A DNA stretch of 64,000 nt, taken from the IMG/VR virus record IMGVR_UViG_3300046168_000066; one strand, given 5' to 3'. A program made the position numbers and the translations under genes. Origin of the DNA: an uncultured virus (IMG/VR IMGVR_UViG_3300046168_000066). Its lineage: Duplodnaviria > Heunggongvirae > Uroviricota > Caudoviricetes. Under the pieces are notes generated by a model. That model searched no databases. It saw only the letters and a list, made by a program, of their open reading frames with translations, and was not told where the DNA came from. Shown here one piece after another: positions 61,015 through 64,000 of the stretch (positions within the stretch are counted from its first letter, which is position 1; each line of letters begins with the position of its first letter).

Positions 61015-61962
61015 ATGAAAAATGTAGCATTTATAGACTATAATATGTGTGAACGTGGAACAACGATTGCGACTTACGATTATGCACTACATAATGAAAA
61101 AATACTTGGTAATAAATCATTCATATTTTATGACATAAATTCAAAATCAAAAAAAGAAAAAGTAATTAGTAAATTTAAGAAACAATTTTGTGATGTGATT
61201 GGATTCACAAATTTTTCTGAAGTGGATAGTTACATAAGTCAAAATAAAATTACTCATTTGTATAATTTAATAGGAGGTAGGTATAAACCTGCTTTGAGTA
61301 AGTATGCTAAAAATTGCATTCATTACGTTTTTACTTATCAAGATTATGGAGATATAAATGTTGCGTTGAGTCCTGTGATTAAAAATTTTAAAAAAAGTAT
61401 GAATATCTTGCCCCACCTGGTTGACTTACCAGTTGTTACTAATGATTTAAGAAGTAAACTTGGCATTCCACCAAATTCAACTGTTTTTGGTGGATACGGT
61501 GGAAAGGATATGTTCAATATAAAAGAAGCACAAGAAGCAGTGTATGAGGTTGCTTCAAAAAATAAAAACATTTACTTCCTCTTTGCTAATTTTCATAAAT
61601 TTTGTGATACATTGCCAAATGTTATTCATTTACCTTGTATTGTTGATATAAAAGAAAAAGTTGAATTTATAAATACCTGCGATGCAATGATGTGGGCAAG
61701 AAAGCAAGGTGAAGTTATGAGTATGGCAATGGGTGAGTTTGCTACAAAAAATAAACCAATAATTGCTACAAAAAAAGGATTTTTCCGTGGCCACTGTCAT
61801 ATATTGGGTGATACGGCAATTTGGTATTCTACGAAACAGAGTTTGATAAATATACTTGAAAATTTTGATAAAAACATAGAGTCAAATAAAAATTGGAATG
61901 CATATCGTGAGTATACTCCTAAAAAGGTTATGGAGATATTTAATAAAGTTTTTTTAAAATGA
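61015..61962 (+). CDS. GT-B (GT4-like) glycosyltransferase
   Basis: ERGTTIATYDYA, LRSKLGIP, FGGYGG, FINTCDAM..AR..GE...GEF...KP. Confidence 0.7.
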   Translation: MKNVAFIDYNMCERGTTIATYDYALHNEKILGNKSFIFYDINSKSKKEKVISKFKKQFCDVIGFTNFSEVDSYISQNKITHLYNLIGGRYKPALSKYAKNCIHYVFTYQDYGDINVALSPVIKNFKKSMNILPHLVDLPVVTNDLRSKLGIPPNSTVFGGYGGKDMFNIKEAQEAVYEVASKNKNIYFLFANFHKFCDTLPNVIHLPCIVDIKEKVEFINTCDAMMWARKQGEVMSMAMGEFATKNKPIIATKKGFFRGHCHILGDTAIWYSTKQSLINILENFDKNIESNKNWNAYREYTPKKVMEIFNKVFLK

Positions 61963-62768
61963 AACTATCAATTTACACACGGATAATGCCAAGACTTGAA
62001 ACTTTTTTTTTAGAAGAATGGATCGAACACAATTTGCAAATTGGAGTTGATAAAATTTATATATACGATGCCGGTAATAAACCTTTTAACGATAGAGGTG
62101 GCCATAAAAATAGAACTGATGTATTTAATGATCTCCATCGAGAACTCAATAATTCAGAAAAAAATATTAAGTGGGGCAAAAAACCAAATGTAGATTACTT
62201 TTTAGATTATACAGAAAAAGAAATTCAAGATAAATTGTATGAAATACAAAATAAGTTTAAAAAAAATACAGAAATTACAGATTGGAAATATGGAAAAAAT
62301 CATAACGAAAAAGAAAATGTTCGTTCTCAGATTCTTGGATATAAAAATGCTGTAACTCAAAATAAGTCAGACTGGTGGATGTTGTTAGATCCAGATGAAT
62401 TTTTACATAGTTGTGAGTTCACATATATCAAAAAATTTCTATGTCAAATGGAAGAACAAAAAAAGTTTTCATTAAAATTATCTCAAAGAATTTTTAAAAA
62501 TAGACAACGGAATGTTTCTACTAGGAAAATCTTTGAGTATAGTGGAGATCTTAGGTTAACAAAGACATTGGTTAAATCACCTATAATTTCTGAACTAAAA
62601 TTACATTCTGCCGAATCTACTTTGTCTACATCATACTTTGTTAAGCCAAGAAAATTTAGATTTAACCATTACAGAGGTCCTTCGGAGCAAATGGGCGGAC
62701 CTGCATACGGTAAACTTATGTACAAACCTTTTAATAAAATTGATAAAGGTATGTTAAAATATCTGTAA
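61959..62768 (+). CDS. Glyco_tranf_2_4 / GT92-like glycosyltransferase
   Basis: LEEWIEHNLQIGVDKIYIYD, LLDPDEF, FNHY. Confidence 0.75.
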   Translation: MKLSIYTRIMPRLETFFLEEWIEHNLQIGVDKIYIYDAGNKPFNDRGGHKNRTDVFNDLHRELNNSEKNIKWGKKPNVDYFLDYTEKEIQDKLYEIQNKFKKNTEITDWKYGKNHNEKENVRSQILGYKNAVTQNKSDWWMLLDPDEFLHSCEFTYIKKFLCQMEEQKKFSLKLSQRIFKNRQRNVSTRKIFEYSGDLRLTKTLVKSPIISELKLHSAESTLSTSYFVKPRKFRFNHYRGPSEQMGGPAYGKLMYKPFNKIDKGMLKYL

Positions 62769-62779
62769 ACATTCACTTG

Positions 62780-63412
62780 ATGAAAAAAAAATTAATATAT
62801 AGATTGGGCGATGTAGTGCGAACGCAATATTTTCACTTGGACACATCTTTATATACAGACGGTGAGTATAAGAATACGATTGCTGGTAAATATATGCAAT
62901 CTACTACCGAAAAAAATAATTTTGATTTGTTAAATGAAATTGTCCTCAATTTTGAAAAAAAACTTAAAATGACAAAACCAACTTCAAACGAGTGGGTTGT
63001 TCATATACGACTTGGTGATGTTTTGGAAAAATCCAAACATTCAGTTGAAGAACATTTTGAAAATGATATAAGAAGTGAGGGAAAAGGAATTTCGGATTCA
63101 TTCTACATTAAACCAAAGATATTTTTTTTAAACAGAATAAACAAGATGAAAAAACTTGGGATAACGAAAGTAATAATCTGCTCAAAATTTCATAAAGCAG
63201 AAGATGATCACAAAAAGAGCAGTTTATATTTGGAAAATGTGATTGAATTGTTTAAACGTAATGGATTTGAGGTTAATTTAAGAGTCGGTAAATTTGATGC
63301 AGATGAAGATTTCACATTTTTAGTTAACTCAAAATACTTTACCAGCACTGGAGGTGGTTTTTCGTTATTCGCAAGTAAACTTATTGAACTTCGTGGCAAC
63401 AATAATATTTAA
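62780..63412 (+). CDS. Fucosyltransferase-like (HxRxGD) protein
   Basis: YRLGD, VVHIRLGDV, ADEDF, TGGGFS; paralogue of 36973. Confidence 0.65.
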   Translation: MKKKLIYRLGDVVRTQYFHLDTSLYTDGEYKNTIAGKYMQSTTEKNNFDLLNEIVLNFEKKLKMTKPTSNEWVVHIRLGDVLEKSKHSVEEHFENDIRSEGKGISDSFYIKPKIFFLNRINKMKKLGITKVIICSKFHKAEDDHKKSSLYLENVIELFKRNGFEVNLRVGKFDADEDFTFLVNSKYFTSTGGGFSLFASKLIELRGNNNI

Positions 63413-63426
63413 TTTTTCAGTAGAGT

Positions 63427-63435
63427 ATATTTATA
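63427..63435 (+). promoter_or_regulatory. ATATTTATA motif
   Basis: Upstream of ATG 63442. Confidence 0.5.
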
Positions 63436-63441
63436 ATAGAG

Positions 63442-64000
63442 ATGATTAAAACAGCAGTATACGCATATTGGGCGAAACCTTTTTTGGAAAAAGAGTCGTA
63501 TAGCAATTTTGAACGAAAAAATGATTTGTTGGTATCATTAAGACTCAGTGTCGAGCAATCAAGAAAGTTTTTTGATAAAATTGTTTTTTATGGAGATCAC
63601 GAAGCAATTGCACAAATTTGCAACATCGTAAAATTTGATGAAGTATACGATGATGTAGAAGAACTAAACGAAAAAAATATTCCAAGTTATTTTTATTCTC
63701 TTCCAAAAGTTGTTGCGTGTGAAAAAATGAAAGAACCTTTCGTTTTAATTGAAAATGATTTTTATTTGTGGGACATTCCAAAATCAAGTAACTTTTATGA
63801 AGCACCTTTAATTGTTGAGGATTTCCACGAAACTCCGATTGAGTTTTACGATGAAATTGACAGAATGCAAGAAAAAGAAATGGCAACTCGTCCACGATGG
63901 TATCGTCTTGCTAAAAAAGGAAAATTTTCAATTCCACAAAAAGGAATATACGGTGGAAACGATATAAAGTTTATCAACGAACACGCATTGGAAGTTATGC
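63442..64000 (+). CDS. DUF6734-like putative GT-A protein, 3'-partial (absent from the ORF track)
   Basis: ATG 63442 MIKTAVYAYWAKPF...YSLPKVVAC..MKEPFVLIENDFYLW, open to the window end. Confidence 0.6.
   Translation, partial: MIKTAVYAYWAKPFLEKESYSNFERKNDLLVSLRLSVEQSRKFFDKIVFYGDHEAIAQICNIVKFDEVYDDVEELNEKNIPSYFYSLPKVVACEKMKEPFVLIENDFYLWDIPKSSNFYEAPLIVEDFHETPIEFYDEIDRMQEKEMATRPRWYRLAKKGKFSIPQKGIYGGNDIKFINEHALEVM

Noticed and set aside
110..63895. Other short minus-strand and nested ORFs in the track
   Set aside because: All lie inside longer + strand genes with recognisable motifs and have no family signatures; treated as shadow ORFs.
1..64000. Giant eukaryotic virus (NCLDV) or bacterial capsule locus as the source
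   Set aside because: Pervasive SD sites and stop-start overlaps argue against NCLDV. Absence of membrane export or polymerase genes and adjacency to structural-like genes argue against a standard capsule locus. Neither is formally excluded without the rest of the contig.
1..64000. tRNA, rRNA, transposase, integrase or clear Rho-independent terminators
   Set aside because: None recognisable. Intergenic gaps are mostly under 60 bp and lack GC-rich hairpin plus U-tract or cloverleaf patterns.

Overview
AT-rich, gene-dense 64 kb window with every credible gene on the + strand. GGAG/AGGAG Shine-Dalgarno sites and ATGA/TAATG stop-start overlaps indicate prokaryotic translation. The best interpretation is a large (jumbo/huge) bacteriophage segment; this is an inference, as no hallmark capsid or terminase gene is in the window. 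Bases 1-7718 encode three large, probably virion-associated proteins (Pro/Thr linkers, LamG domain, dockerin/EF-hand-like repeats). The remaining ~56 kb is one glycan-modification island of about 65 genes: ~15 Sulfotransfer_2-type domains plus other sulfotransferases, ~9 fucosyltransferase-like (GT11/GT23) enzymes, GT25/GT77/GT8/GT2/GT4/GT47-like transferases, GDP-mannose 3,5-epimerase, rmlA, rmlB, an NRS/ER-type reductase, acetyl- and methyltransferases, and a lone GHKL ATPase. The most striking unexplained structure is a variable-head/constant-tail design. The sulfotransferase paralogues share a ~200 bp 3' DNA repeat that contains a small palindrome and ends in the RBS or start of the next gene. 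Orphan copies of this and other gene ends flank individual genes, suggesting a recombination-driven cassette-swapping system for diversifying a sulfated glycan. A recurrent ATATTTATA motif precedes many gene starts. Numerous single-base homopolymer frameshifts look like long-read errors. All family assignments are from motif recognition by eye, not database searches.
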